Source: Octopus sinensis
Taxonomy: Eukaryota
Reading direction: 5' to 3'
Length of the DNA stretch: 64,000 nt
Assembly (NCBI RefSeq): GCF_006345805.1
Contig: NC_042998.1
Span: 170,376,001-170,440,000, forward strand
Both the position numbers and the translations under genes were made by a program. The first letter of the stretch is position 1. The number at the start of each line of letters is the position of its first letter. Below are positions 1 through 12,849 of this stretch, one piece after another. A model generated the notes under the pieces. It made no database searches. It was not told the DNA's origin and worked only from the letters and a program-made list of their open reading frames with translations.

Positions 1-137
1 GTGTGGTGTGTGTGTATATATATGGATGCATGTGCGTGTGTGCACGTGTATGGGTACGCATGTATGTGTATGTGCGTGTATGCGTATACGTGTATGTATG
101 TAGGTGTGGGCGCGTATATTTGTATATGTATGTGTGA

Positions 138-188
<51 letters not shown>

Positions 189-410
189 TATATATAGATG
201 GGGGTGTATGTATGCGTATAAATGCATGTAAGTATGGATGTATGGATGTATGTATGTATGTTTACGTATGTATGTGTTTGTGTGTATATGTATGTAGGTG
301 TGTGTATGTATGTGTGTATATATGTATATATATATATGTGGTGTGTGTATGTTTGTGTATGTATATATATGTGTATGTATGTGTGTGTATATATATGTGT
401 GTGGTGTATG

Positions 411-479
<69 letters not shown>

Positions 480-556
480 ATATGTATTTATATATGGGTA
501 TGTATCTGTATGTAGGAGTATATATATGTGTGTGTGTGTGTGTATGTGTATATGTG

Positions 557-613
<57 letters not shown>

Positions 614-632
614 TTATTGGTGTATATATATA
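1..632. repeat. Compound (TA)n/(TG)n/(TATG)n microsatellite field
   Basis: Directly visible; explains the Y/I/V/C/M-rich ORFs. Confidence 0.95.
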
Positions 633-1381
633 GACTAGCCTCCTAAAGTGTAGACATGAATCTGTAGGTACGAGTACGTATGTGTATATACGTGAACGTA
701 TGTAGATGTTTGTATGTATGAATATAACGCGTGCGTACGTGTATGTGTATGAGTGTATGAATGGGTGTATGTACGTGCTAATGAGTGTGCGTGCGGGAAC
801 GAGTACTTGCCTTCTAGTAGACAGACAATTGGACATGCTGCCATCGCCAGGATCCTTAGCCCTAGCGATCAAAGATAACAAAAGTAATAAATGAAGATAA
901 TAAAATTAAAATTAGGGATGGGCCTGTATTTGCTTGTGTATATATATATATATATATAATATATATATATATATTATATATATATATGTATGTATGGGTG
1001 TATGTGTAGGTATGTATAGGCACACATGTGTACGTATGTGTGTGTGTATGTATATGTGTTTATGTATGTATGTGCACACATTTTATTTTTTTATTTTTTT
1101 TATTTTTTTATTTTTTTTATTTATTTTTTATTTTTTTTTTTTTTTTTTTTATTTTTTTTTTTTTTATTTATCTATTCTTTCATCTAACTTACCACTGACT
1201 CCTTGACCACTCCCCCAAGTATGATATTTTGCGCTATGCCTACCCCGGAAAAAGTCCCCCACCACCACTCCTTTAAACCTGCCTAAATGTATAAATGCTA
1301 ATACAATTCTTGTTAAATAGCTTCCTGAAGATTTCTCTTGAATGAAACAGTACTAGTCCTGTAGAAGCTCCTTCTATATAA

Positions 1382-1441
<60 letters not shown>

Positions 1442-1471
1442 TGTATATATATATTGTGTGTGTGTATATGT

Positions 1472-1517
<46 letters not shown>

Positions 1518-3643
1518 TAGTATAAGAAGAGAATTAGCCTTGACAGGACCCATTTTTACTTATGCCAGGGGAGAACACCATTGATGCTTTTTGCCAAGTG
1601 AAACTATGAGAATAGAGGGACTTAGCTAGCATTCATAAGATTTTCATTCAACAAAATGGCCATCAACTATGCACTTATTTCCTAAGCAGAACCAGATATC
1701 CAAAAATTCAAATAAAACCTTGTGAGTGAATTTGGTAGGCAGAATTTCCATCTTGTGAATATGATAGTGTTTTGCTTCCTTTAATCGATAGGCGGGAAAC
1801 CTGATACCTAAACCTGATATCCAAGTCATTAAATTACCTTGAAATTAAATCTACTGTCCTACATTGGATTAACAGCTGGACCACATGACATGATAAATCT
1901 GCATGATTTGGGTTGCCAAACAACAATGGCAAGAAAGCTGCTACACAACAATCTAATTGATCTGAGATGACTGTGCTGAAACATTATACTATTTCTACTC
2001 ATAACAGCCACTAAATATAAACCAAATGTAATTTTACTATTACATGCCAAACTGGTAACTCAATCTGTTGTATAAATGCATCCATTAACAAGTCTAAAGT
2101 ATCGTGAGTTTATTTTATCCTGGGAAAATCAGGAAATATTTCCAGTTTTTAGGTAATTTTTTAATAATAGTAAGATTTAGATGATAAGTATGGGCACAGA
2201 AATGGCTGTCTGATTAAGAAGTGCACATCATAACAAAGTGATCTCAGGTTCAATCCCATTTCAACACACCTCAGACAAGTATCTTCTGCTATAGTCCTAA
2301 GTCAACTAAAGCTTTGTGAATAGACTTGGTCAGTGGAAACTAAAAGAAGCTAGTGTGTGTGTGTGTGTGTGTTGTGTCTCCTTGTCAAGACATTGTGCTC
2401 TAAATGTAAACAGATATGTCTGTCAGACAAGCAACGACATTTATTTGCAATTTTCCATGAGAAATATCCAACCATTATGCTATGCATGTTCTAAAGACAA
2501 GTGGATGTATTCCCTTGCTTGGAAACAGATAAAGGTTGGTGACAGGAAAAGCATGCAGCCATAGAAAATCTTTCACCACCACCACCATCACCATCATCAT
2601 CATCATCATCATTATCATTTAACATCCACTTTCCATGCTTGCATGGGTTGGACAGTTTGACTGGAACTGGTAAGCTGGAGAGCTGCACCAGGTTCCAATC
2701 TGATATGGCTTGGTTTTTACAGCTGGATGCCATTCCTAATGTCAACCACTTCAAGAGTGTAATGGGTGCTTTTTACGTTCCACTGGCACATGTGCCATTT
2801 ACATGCGACCGTTAACAGCCATGGCTGTGACTTCATGGGTGCCATTTACGTGATACTGGCAACGGTCATGACTACAATTTCACTCGGTTTCAGGAGTCGA
2901 CATATCGCTAAGGTCTTGGTCATTTGTCATTGCCTCCTTGGAGCTCCTCAGCGAATTTTCTCTGACCCGTGCAAACATGGAAAGGTGGATGTTAAAATGG
3001 TAAGGATGATGGTGGTGGTGGTGGTGGTGGTGGTGGTGGTGGTGGTGGTGGTGGTGGTGGTGTGGTGGTGGTGTGTTGGTGCTTCACGCTAGCCAGTCAT
3101 GCTCCCTTGTGAGTAACAGTTATGTTTAGTATACCCATATTTGTCAATGCTTCAATAAATTTTTTAAATAGCCATGAATTTGAAGGTATATTGTAAAAGA
3201 ATGGAACTTTTTTTTTCCTATTAAGCACCAATGTAAGTAAACAAAAGGTTCTTACAGAGAATATAAGAAACGCTGCAAAACGAGAGATTTTGTGTAGCAG
3301 AACCAGAAGCAGTTTCATGTAGTTTCAGAATGTCAACGAGAGAAAGATTGAAGAAAAATTTGTTGGAGGAAATTCAGCTGCTACATTGTGCAACAGTTCA
3401 GGCAGCTTATACCTGTGTTGTTGCTACTGCTGCTAGTACAGCTGTTGCTGTTGTTGCTGTTGTTGTTTCTGATTACTGTGTTGCTATTTTTGTTGCCCAT
3501 GTTTTGTCGTTGTTGCTGTTGTTGTTTTGCTGTTGTTTTTTTTACCTCCGCCAACAAGGAAGGAGGTTATGATTTCATCGGCGTTGGTTTGTCCATCTGT
3601 CTGTCTATGTGCAAAAATAACTCAAAAAGTTGTGAATGATATA

Positions 3644-4039
3644 GGTGTAGGAGTGGCTGTGTGGTAAGTAGCTTGTTTATCAACCACATGGTTCTGGGTT
3701 CAGTCCCACTGCGTGGCACCTTGGGCAAGTGTCTTCTACTATAGCCTCGGGCCGACCAAAGCCTTGTAAGTAGATTTGGTAGACAGAAACTGAAAGAAAT
3801 CCGTCGCATATATGTATATATATATATATATATGAATGTGCATGTGTATATGTTTGTGTGTCTGTGTTTGTCAACCGGTGTGTTTATGTCCCCGTAACTT
3901 AGCGGTTCGGCAAAAGAGACCGATAGAATAAGTACTAGGCTTACAAAGAATAAGCCCTGGGGTCGATTTGCTCGACTAAAAGGTGGTGCACCAGCATGGC
4001 CACAGTCAAATGACTGAAACAAGTAAAAGAGTAAAAGAG
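3644..4039 (+). mobile_element. tRNA-derived SINE, family A
   Basis: A-box TGGCTGTGTGG, B-box GGTTCAGTCCC, conserved body, internal (TA)n/(TG)n tract and (GTAAAAGA)n tail. More than 10 similar copies in the window. Confidence 0.9.
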
Positions 4040-4257
4040 AGATATTTGATGAAACTTGTTTTTGTTGTTATCATTGCCATTGCTTTCGTTTTCACTTTGT
4101 TATCATCATTGCAGTTGCTGCTGTTTCTGCTGTTGTTCTTGTTGTTCAACTTCACTTTAACACTGCTTGAGAAAAAACCTATTACCAAAAATATCCTAGC
4201 GATTATTAAATCAACTTCTTTTGCAGACAATGTGTATCTAGCACTGCATCATCTAAT

Positions 4258-4450
4258 ATTGATTTCAAATTTTTGGCACAAGACCAGCAATTTTGGGGGA
4301 GGTGGTAAGTCGATTACATTGACTCCAGCACTTGACTGGCCCTTATTTTATCAATCCTGAAAGGATGAAAGACAAAGTCAACCTCAGCAGCATTTGAACT
4401 CAGAATAAAAAGACAGACAAATTTCCACCAAGCATTTTGCCTGGCATGCA
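4258..4450 (-). mobile_element. tRNA-derived SINE, family B (partial)
   Basis: Reverse complement of ...ttctgagttcaaat...gactttg(c)ctttcatcctttc... as in 34384-34597. Confidence 0.75.
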
Positions 4451-4793
4451 TTATCAAATAATATTTTATTTTTGCGTGATATTTTTTCTATGGCAGAGTG
4501 GATTATGAGGAAAGTTTGGTTCTTATTTTTAGCTTGATCAAGTGACACATGAATGCTGTTTTATTTTTCCTCTAGATACCTGCTGTTTATGAGTGGGAGT
4601 GTGGGGGGTCATGACATATGTGATGGTATAGGCAATAATAATAGCAAGGATGAAAATGGTAGTTGTGTGATAGTGTGATGATAATAATGGTGACTACGTG
4701 ATTGTGATGGTGATAGTGGTAGTGGTGGTGGTGGTGTTGGTGGTGAAAAATATACATGTAAACAAAAGCTCATATCTAAAAAAACTTTCTTAC

Positions 4794-4907
4794 TCTGACA
4801 GCTTGATATCGCCCTCCTTTGCCTCGGAGCAGTACCAGGGCTGCCTGCCTTACTATGGATTGCTGGGTAAACAGTAATTTCTTGGTAATTGTGCTCTCTT
4901 GTTGAGG
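4794..4907 (-). CDS. RhoGEF exon, PH-like region continued (PQQESTITKKLLFTQQSIVRQAALVLLRGKGGRYQAVR)
   Basis: tttcttctcttatag| acceptor, AGA|gtaaga donor, 114 nt open frame, phase 0/0. No stop, so further exons should lie downstream, probably outside the window. Confidence 0.82.
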
Positions 4908-4984
4908 CTATAAGAGAAGAAACACAGGAGGAATTTATAATGGTAAAACAAAAAGTAGAAATTTATGACAGGAATGTAACTATA

Positions 4985-5170
4985 CACATGCTGTTGGCAA
5001 TTTCTTTTCCATCTTTGGACATATCCCCTTCTCCTTTCCGATGAAGAGCTATGCTTGAAACATCTAACAATCTCTTTTTAGCATCAAGCTAATACATTCC
5101 TTGTGCACATCCTCTAGTTGTCTGTTAAATTTTTTCCTTTATTTGAATTGATTGTTTATTTAAATTGACT
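4985..5170 (+). mobile_element. Degenerate short (TA)n-tailed element with hammerhead-like core
   Basis: Diverged homolog of 5193-5400 in the opposite orientation: ctgttggcaattt...tttCCGATGAaGAGCtatGCTTGAAAcat...gactatatat. Confidence 0.6.
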
Positions 5171-5192
5171 ATATATATATATATATATATAT

Positions 5193-5400
5193 AGTTAATC
5201 CAAACAAGAAAGCACAAAAAAACACAACAACGTGAGGACGTGGAACAAATATAGTATTATTGGACGCTCAGGAAAGAAGGAAAGAAGGAGGGTTTAACGT
5301 TTCGAGCGGAGCTCTTCATCGGAAACATAGGAGAAGGAAAGATCCAGAGAAGGGAAGACAGAGGGAAAAAAATCGCCAACAGTACACACGAGGTACACAC
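5193..5400 (-). mobile_element. Short (TA)n-tailed Penelope-LTR-like element with minimal hammerhead-like core
   Basis: Minus strand reads GTTT CCGATGA A GAGC TCC GCTC GAA ACGT T AAAC. A homologous copy lies at 40582-40792. Confidence 0.65.
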
Positions 5401-5448
5401 ATGTATGTATTTCTGTATATATATGAATATGTGTGAGTATGTATGTAC

Positions 5449-5495
<47 letters not shown>

Positions 5496-5749
5496 TGTAT
5501 GTATGTATGTATGTATGTATGTATGTATGTCAATAGTTAATATATCCAAAAAGCGGCATATTCTAAGTGCTTTATAGGTGCGAAACCAATGGTCACTTTA
5601 CAACTGACCATAAGAAACAACCTTCTGAATTCTGGTAACAGGTGCCCATTCACATACAGGATTGGGATTGGGTTTACCCCTAAATCTCATATGTGAAACC
5701 AGTTATGGGAAAACCCAATCCTGTATGGCAACAGGTGTCTGCTACTGGA

Positions 5750-6235
5750 ACTCAAAAAGTGTCAAATCTGGTTTGGGGATAATAAATCAGATGGGTTGGC
5801 CACGTTATCAGGATGCCTGATAATAGTCTCCCGAAAATAGTCTTCTTCGGAGAGCTATCAACTGGTGTTCCTCCACATGGGGGACCCAAGAAGAGGTTCA
5901 GGGACAATCTTGAACATGCCCTCAACTTCTGCAAACATTCAACAAGCACAACTTGAAAACTTTGTTCAGAAATGGCAAACCTGGCATTCCCTCTGTGATG
6001 AAGGGGCTGCACACTGAACTAATCCAACGTGAGAAACTTGAGGAAAAGAGACATCTACTCTCAGACTCACCAACAGCATAATGGGAAACTTCCCTTGTCA
6101 TCTGTGTTCAAGGACATGCCATTCCAGGATTGGACTATTTTCACATCTATCAACTCACAAAATGTGGGATAAGACTCCTAGAGAACAATGTCATCATCAA
6201 CATTGACAGACAGCTATAAGCAAGTAAGTAAGTGA
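5750..6235 (+). mobile_element. RTE-type LINE 3' fragment, degraded
   Basis: Translates to RWVGHVIRMPDNSLPKIVFFGEL...GGPKKRFRDNL and a C-terminal C2H2-like FPCHLCSRTCHSRIGLFSHL; short (TAAG)n tail. Confidence 0.8.
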
Positions 6236-6435
6236 TGATCATAGTGCCATCCAGCAGTATCCAAACAAATATTTCCTTTCTGGCAGACAGCACCATGATT
6301 ATAAATGTTAGAGGTTCCACCCTCAGAACACACCAACCACTACAATCTGAGGGTTCAGCACAAGGTTTACTACACACAACTTCTTGCACACAAACATATA
6401 CATACATGTACACATACATATCCACATATCTTTCT

Positions 6436-6840
6436 CTTTCTCTTTTTTTACATGTTTCAGTCATTTTGACTGTGGCCAAGCTGGAGCACCGCCTTTAATC
6501 GAGCAACTCAATCCCGGGACTTATTCTTTGTAAGCCCAGCACTTATTCTATTGGTCTCTTTTGCCGAACCGCTAAGTGACAGGGACATAAACACACCAGC
6601 ATCGGTTGTCAAGCAATGCTAGGGGGACAAACACAGACACACAAACATACACGCACATACACATATATACATATATACGACGGGCTTCTTTCAGTTTCCG
6701 TCTACCAAATCCACTCACAAGGCTTTGGTCGGCCTGAGGCTATAGTAGAAGACACTTGCCCAAGGTGCCACGCAGTGGGACTGAACCTGGAACCATGTGG
6801 TTGGTAAACAAGCTACTTACCACACAGCCACTCCTGCGCC
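6436..6840 (-). mobile_element. tRNA-derived SINE, family A
   Basis: Full-length reverse-complement copy. Confidence 0.9.
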
Positions 6841-7199
6841 TATATGATTTTTAAGATTAAATACCCACCCATTCCCATTTTCCACACCACCACCACCTTC
6901 CCAGCACACACACACCAACCCCATACTACAACCCACACCCAAGTCCCAACCTCAGGCAGATACCCCTTACATTGTGAAGACACTCTATCCTTTGGGCAAG
7001 GGTCATAAATCTAGATGAATTGCCTCTGAACTTCTCTAGCAGGTTTTTCCATTGAGGTTTTTCATAGAATCTACAAACAGGACATGACACTTCCTGATCT
7101 CAAGTAACAGAGAGTCATTATCATATCCTTCTGGCCAAGTTTTCCGATGATCACCAGGATTGGCTGACTGTTGGCTGACTTGTGGTTTCTTCGACTATA

Positions 7200-7230
<31 letters not shown>

Positions 7231-8067
7231 ATGTGTGTGTGTGTGTGATCATCATTTAATGCCCACTTTCTGTACTAACATGAGTTTGACGGTTTGACTG
7301 GAACAGGTAAGCCGGAGAACTTGACACATGCTTTGATGAGAATATTCCACCAGTATTATATTGTAAGTTCCCTAGTCATAACCTCTAGTATTAATAATTA
7401 AATACTAATTTTTAATTTTTATAATTCAAAGCATAAACCATGGTTACTTTAACTATGTAGCACATGACCATGATGAAATTCAATCTGTTTACATAACTTA
7501 TTTACAGGTGACTTACAATACAATTCGTAAGCGATTAAAAAACTTTGCTGACATTTCGTACTCTCACAAGTAATAACGAAAATTAGGGATAAATGTTTTT
7601 AATTACAACTGACAGTATCAAAATATTGTTTAGGCAACCTAACAGCTCCTTTGTTTTTCAACACATTAACACCTGCGCACACACAAATAAATTAAAACAA
7701 AGGTAAGTATACATAAGTAACGTTTTTTTTAAAATACATAAGAATGCACAAATGCACATATCTGAACTTAATGCTGAGTCTACCAATGATATATCGACAC
7801 ACCGGGATATAGTTTTTTTGTTTTTCTTTATCAAGTTCTGACCCTGATGAAATGTTCAATTAACTATAATCCAATATGAACCTTTAATTTAATTTTTCTA
7901 ATTTAAATTAATTGATTGGACATGGAAACAATTTGATATTGTTTGAAATTGGATTTGTTTCAATAAATTGATGTCTATATGTCAATTTCTCCATTTTCTT
8001 ATTTTTCTCACACACACACACACACATATGTATGTGTGTGTATACATATATATATATACATATATTG

Positions 8068-8525
8068 TCATCATCATCATCATTGTTTAACGTTTGCTTT
8101 CCATGCTAGCATGGGTTGGAATATTTGACTGAGGACTGACGAATCAGATGGCTGCACCAGGCTCCAATCTTGATCTGGCAGAGTTTCTATAGCTGGATGT
8201 CCTTCCTAATGCCAACCACTTCAAGAGTGTAGTGGGTGCTTTTACATGCCACTGGCACGAGGGCTAGTCAGGCAATACTGGCAATGGCCACCCTCAAATG
8301 GTGTTTTTTTACATGCCATCTGCACAGGAACTAGTCCAGCGGCACTGGCAATGACTTCGCTTGAATGTTTTTTCACGTGCCACCGGCACAAATGCCAGTA
8401 AGGCAATGCTGGTAATGATCACACTCGAATGGTGCTTTTTACGTGCCACCAGCACGGAAACTCTGGCAATGATCACGCTCAGATGGTGCTCTTAGCACTC
8501 CACTAGCACGGATGCCAGTCATCGA
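8068..8525 (-). mobile_element. RTE LINE 3' UTR fragment with ~60 bp tandem units and (GAT)n tail
   Basis: Homologous to 29028-29500 and 47925-48463. Confidence 0.8.
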
Positions 8526-8752
8526 ATTTGATATGTGCATATATGTGTGTACATGTATGTGTCTGGTGATATTTTTGTATACACTGGTAGATATTCTTTA
8601 TTATGTATGTTCACCAAGAAAGATTCTCAGTAATGATTGTAGTGATCTTAAGCCTTCTAGGAACAGGCTACTTATATATAGAATTGGGTGGAGTGCAATG
8701 TTTTTTTCTTTAACATGTAATGTTCATGCCTGTATGCTGTTGTTTAACTTAC

Positions 8753-8911
8753 CTCACCACGTGTCAGCAAAAGAGCATGAACTGGAGTAAATTTCAAATT
8801 GCGACATTTCTTTGCTGTCCAGAAGTGATCCTGTGGTTGAGTGTATAGCAAAGTACCAACCAGAATATCATGGACCTCATGCTGGTTCCACTCAAGTAGA
8901 TTCAGTGCCGT
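8753..8911 (-). CDS. RhoGEF exon, start of PH-like region (TALNLLEWNQHEVHDILVGTLLYTQPQDHFWTAKKCRNLKFTPVHALLLTRGE)
   Basis: attatccag| acceptor, GAG|gtaagt donor, 159 nt, phase 0/0. Unique non-repeat sequence at the position where a PH domain follows DH. Confidence 0.85.
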
Positions 8912-9390
8912 CTGGATAATATTGAGCATACATAAAAGATTCTGAGAAACATATTTTTATAAAACACTTGATAGCATGGAGAAACAACAAACACTGTAAA
9001 CTTCATTTAAACATTTATTATTTGTGATATAAGTATCAAAATTTTCATAGCTCAGAATTGCAACCTGATCACTGACAATAAATGTCTAAGGGACTTTTTT
9101 TCATTTTTGTGGTTCTGAATGGCTAACATGTTTCTTCCATGTTGCAATCATTTTAGTTTTAACACAGGGTCTCAGATCAAAACACTTGCCATGCAAGTAA
9201 ATCTTCATAAACATAAGATTAGACTATTCAGGAATAGTGGGGTATGACTTAAAGAAATTGCACTAATCAAAAATAGAACTTGTGAAGGTTAGAAAGAAAT
9301 GAAGTAAGCATAACCTACTGCATATATATTTATAATACTCCAGTGTATGCAACTGAAGCATTATAAAATTAAAATTGTTATCTATGCAAG

Positions 9391-9543
9391 AGTGCAGGAG
9401 TGGCTGTGTGGTAAGTAGCTTGCTTACATGGTTCCGGGTTTATTCCCACTGTAGCACTTTGGACAAGTGTCTTCTACTGTAGCCTCAGGCCAACCAAAGC
9501 CTTGTGAGTGAATTTGGTAGACAGAAACTGAAAGAAGCCCGTC

Positions 9544-9574
<31 letters not shown>

Positions 9575-9790
9575 ATGTGTTTGCGAGTCTGTTTGTCCCC
9601 CAACATTGCTTGACAACCAATGGTGGTGTGTTTACATCCCCATAACTTAGCGGTTCAGCAAAAGAGACCGATAGAATAAGTACTGGGCTTCCAAAGAATA
9701 AGTCCTGGGGTCGATTTGCTCGACTAAAGGCGGTACCCCAGCATGGCCGCAGTCAAATGACTGCAACAAGTAAAAGTAAAAGTAAAAAGT
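9391..9790 (+). mobile_element. tRNA-derived SINE, family A
   Basis: Full-length copy with A/B boxes and tail. Confidence 0.9.
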
Positions 9791-10581
9791 ATGCATCATA
9801 ATATATATACACTGTTGATAGGTAAGTTACTGCAGCTTTCATCTAAGATAAGATCCCTTATAGCTGTGCTTTTTTCAAAACAGTATATATCAGAGAGAGA
9901 TGAAAAGACAAAAAAAAATCATCCTAGCAGTAGCTATTGAGAATGCCAGATGCATTTCAGACTACTTGAGCCTTATCAGTGACGTGTATTTTCAGCCAGC
10001 TACATACCCAGGTGTGATTTGTCATTTCCAGGATAGGAAACAGAATTACACATGCACTGGTGCATGTATGATAGAATTACTCATGCACCACTGATATCAT
10101 GAATAACTACTGAGATTTTATCTCAAATGAAAACCATTGCAACTTGCCTGTCAACAATGTATATATTAACTAGGTTACATAGAGAGCTATTTTACTTGGA
10201 TACTGCTTCAATTATGTAACTGGATTATTCACTTAGCCCCATGGCTATTTGTAATACCACTGTTTCCTGCACTGGAGACAACAAATCTCAATCAGACAAG
10301 TATGTGTTGAAATGCTCCTCGTGTTCCTGCTAGTCACTGCCAGCAAGAACTTCAATTTATCTTGAACAAATACCACAGCAACTTGCCTGTTAAGTGTGTA
10401 TTGTCATTAAACATGATACATAGATGGATGTATATCTACAATATCATTTAAACTTATAGCCAAGCTGCCCAACTTACTATGGTGTTGGATTACTTAGTCA
10501 AATTCTCTGTTGGCATTTGTGTCTGGTCAGCCCTCTTTATTTGAAACTAAATCTGAACCAGTTCATTAGAGTAACAAAATA

Positions 10582-10982
10582 GGCATAGGAGTGGCTGTGT
10601 GGTAAGTAGCTTGCCTACCAACTACATGGTTCCGGGTCCAGTCCCACTGCATGGCACTTTGGCCAAGTGTCTTCTACTATAGCCTCGGGCCAACCAAAAG
10701 CCTTGTGAGTGGATTTGGTAGACGGAAACTGAAAGAAGCCTGTTGTATATATGTACATATATATATATATGTGTGTGTGCATATATTTGTGTGTGTATGT
10801 TTGTCCCCCCCAGCATCGCTTGATAACCGATGCTGGTGTGTTTGCATCCCCGTAACTTAGCGGTTCGGCAAAAGAGACCGATAGAATAAGTACTAGGCTT
10901 ACAAAGAATAAGTCCTGGGGTTGATTTGCTCGACAAAAGGTGGTGCTCGAGCATGGCCACAGTCAAATGACTGAAACAAGAG
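10582..10982 (+). mobile_element. tRNA-derived SINE, family A
   Basis: Full-length copy. Confidence 0.9.
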
Positions 10983-12530
10983 AGAGACAGGGAGATAAGA
11001 ACTGGACAACCAGCTCACATACTGTGATTCCAATTTACTGCAAGCATAATTTTATGTAATTCTCAGCAACAATTTTAGCTACTCCAGTATACCTCACTGT
11101 TGAGAATAACTATTTGATCATTCAGGAATATTATACATGATAGACTAGCAGTTTGCCTAGCGGGAGATTTATTTCTTATCTACCACAGCTATGCACCAGT
11201 CTGTAAGCATTCCTTGGGAATACAGGAGTCATTTGCATTGTATACTAAATATCTTTTTTCAGTTATTTTTTTCAACTATGCAACATATACATGACATCTA
11301 TTTTCAATTAGGTAAACTGAGAAGATTATAATCATAATGTTTTGCCAGGGAACAAAATACAATGTTTTCCTAATTGTCAACCTGTTTGTAATATCAAACA
11401 AATTCTCTCAATTTTGTCCTAGAAAAGGAAGGTCATATTGAACAATGATTGTTATACAAAAGATATACACAAAGATGGCATAGTCACTGCTGATTGAATA
11501 CAGCTGCTTGTCCATAGCTCTACTCAGTCAGGAATGATTTGGTGTTAAACAGTAAACAGCACAATACAATACATATAGTAAATTGTAGACCCTTGGCTGT
11601 AGTTTCTACCTGAACATCATTAGTAGAAGTAAATGTGGAGTTAGTTATCTTATTTAAAAATCAATTCACTTGATGCATTCCCCTCATCTCATCTTCTTCA
11701 TCCCTGTCTCAACCCCCAGCACTAAATATTTTGGGATTCAAAACCAAAAAAAGGGGTCTTTACATGGTAGCTCAACCTCCTAGAAATAACTGCCAAATCT
11801 CTCACATTTGAAAATGTGAACCTAAGTGCATTGCATTTAGGAAAATGACAGGATACCAAAACTTGAATGCCTTTAATCATAGCCCTGCTTGATCAGGGCT
11901 GACCTAGGGCTAAACAACAAAAACTACTTTCCTACTCAGAGCTGCAACTCACTGGAACTTTTACTCTGCTTCTGTTTTCCTTACACTTACTCCTTACTCA
12001 CTCATTCCTCCACTTGTCATCCATATTGTATCCACACCTCTGTCCCAGTCCACTCAAGTTTTCCCTCTAACCCCTAAATTCACCCAGTTCTTTCTTTCTA
12101 GTACCTCATTCCTCTTGAATTTCTTCCCTCTGCAATCTTTACCTGCAGTTGTTGAAGAAAACAACCACACCACTCTCACTAGTCATTAAAAGCTTGAAGG
12201 CCATTTCCCAGGTCAAACTGATAAAAATAAAAGAAAACATATACAAGAAACCTATAGAAGCTCATACTCAAAATCAACCTGACTGACTTCACCAGTCTTG
12301 AAGTGAGAACTGAAAGGTCATGGGTGTTATTTGCCCTATTCCAAGTGATTAATAAGAAAAATGTTTGTACACTTAATTATATAAATTATAATATTTAGTT
12401 TCATCTCTCTGAATTCAAAACTTGCCAAGGTTTTCTTTGCCTTTCCTTTCTAAGATCAATACAATATATAAAAGTAGCATGACAGAACTAGTTATTAATA
12501 ATAATTTTTAATCAATTATACCTACCTTCA

Positions 12531-12745
12531 ATGTGGTAAGCTAGCAGAATTGTTAGCACAACACCAGATAAAATGCTTAGCAACATTACTTCCAGCTTTA
12601 TGTGCTGAGTTCAAATTCTGCCAAGGTTGACTTTGCCTTTCATAATTTTAGAATTGATAAAATATGTACCCACTGAGCACTGATGTTGATGTAATCAACT
12701 AGTCTTCACCCCAAAATTTCAGGTCTTGTGCCTATAGGAAAAAAA
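12531..12745 (+). mobile_element. tRNA-derived SINE, family B
   Basis: Matches 34384-34597; ends about 15 bp from the donor of exon 12760-12849. Confidence 0.8.
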
Positions 12746-12759
12746 TTAATTATACCTAC

Positions 12760-12849
12760 CTTAACTAACTCAAATTTGTCTGTGGAACTGTGTCTCCGTA
12801 ATTCAGAACGTTTTCGTTTTAATTTCATGGAACCACTGCTTTTCGTTTT
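12760..12849 (-). CDS. RhoGEF basic linker exon (KTKSSGSMKLKRKRSELRRHSSTDKFELVK)
   Basis: ttgttttctcag| acceptor, AAG|gtaggt donor, 90 nt open frame, phase 0/0. It fits between the DH end and the next exon. Not in the ORF track. Confidence 0.82.

Noticed and set aside
1-1206. Long ORFs rich in Y/I/V/C/M/H/T (also near 57086-57363, 60312-60675, 61351-62856)
   Set aside because: Translations of (TA)n, (TG)n, (TATG)n and (GATA)n microsatellites; no coding signal.
1644-2050. Minus-strand ORFs 1644-1829 and 1859-2050 as the next RhoGEF exons
   Set aside because: No PH-like residues and no convincing splice-site pair in the right phase.
3644-3720. tRNA genes at SINE heads (also 39018-39100)
   Set aside because: A/B boxes are present but there is no complete cloverleaf, and they continue into multi-copy SINE bodies.
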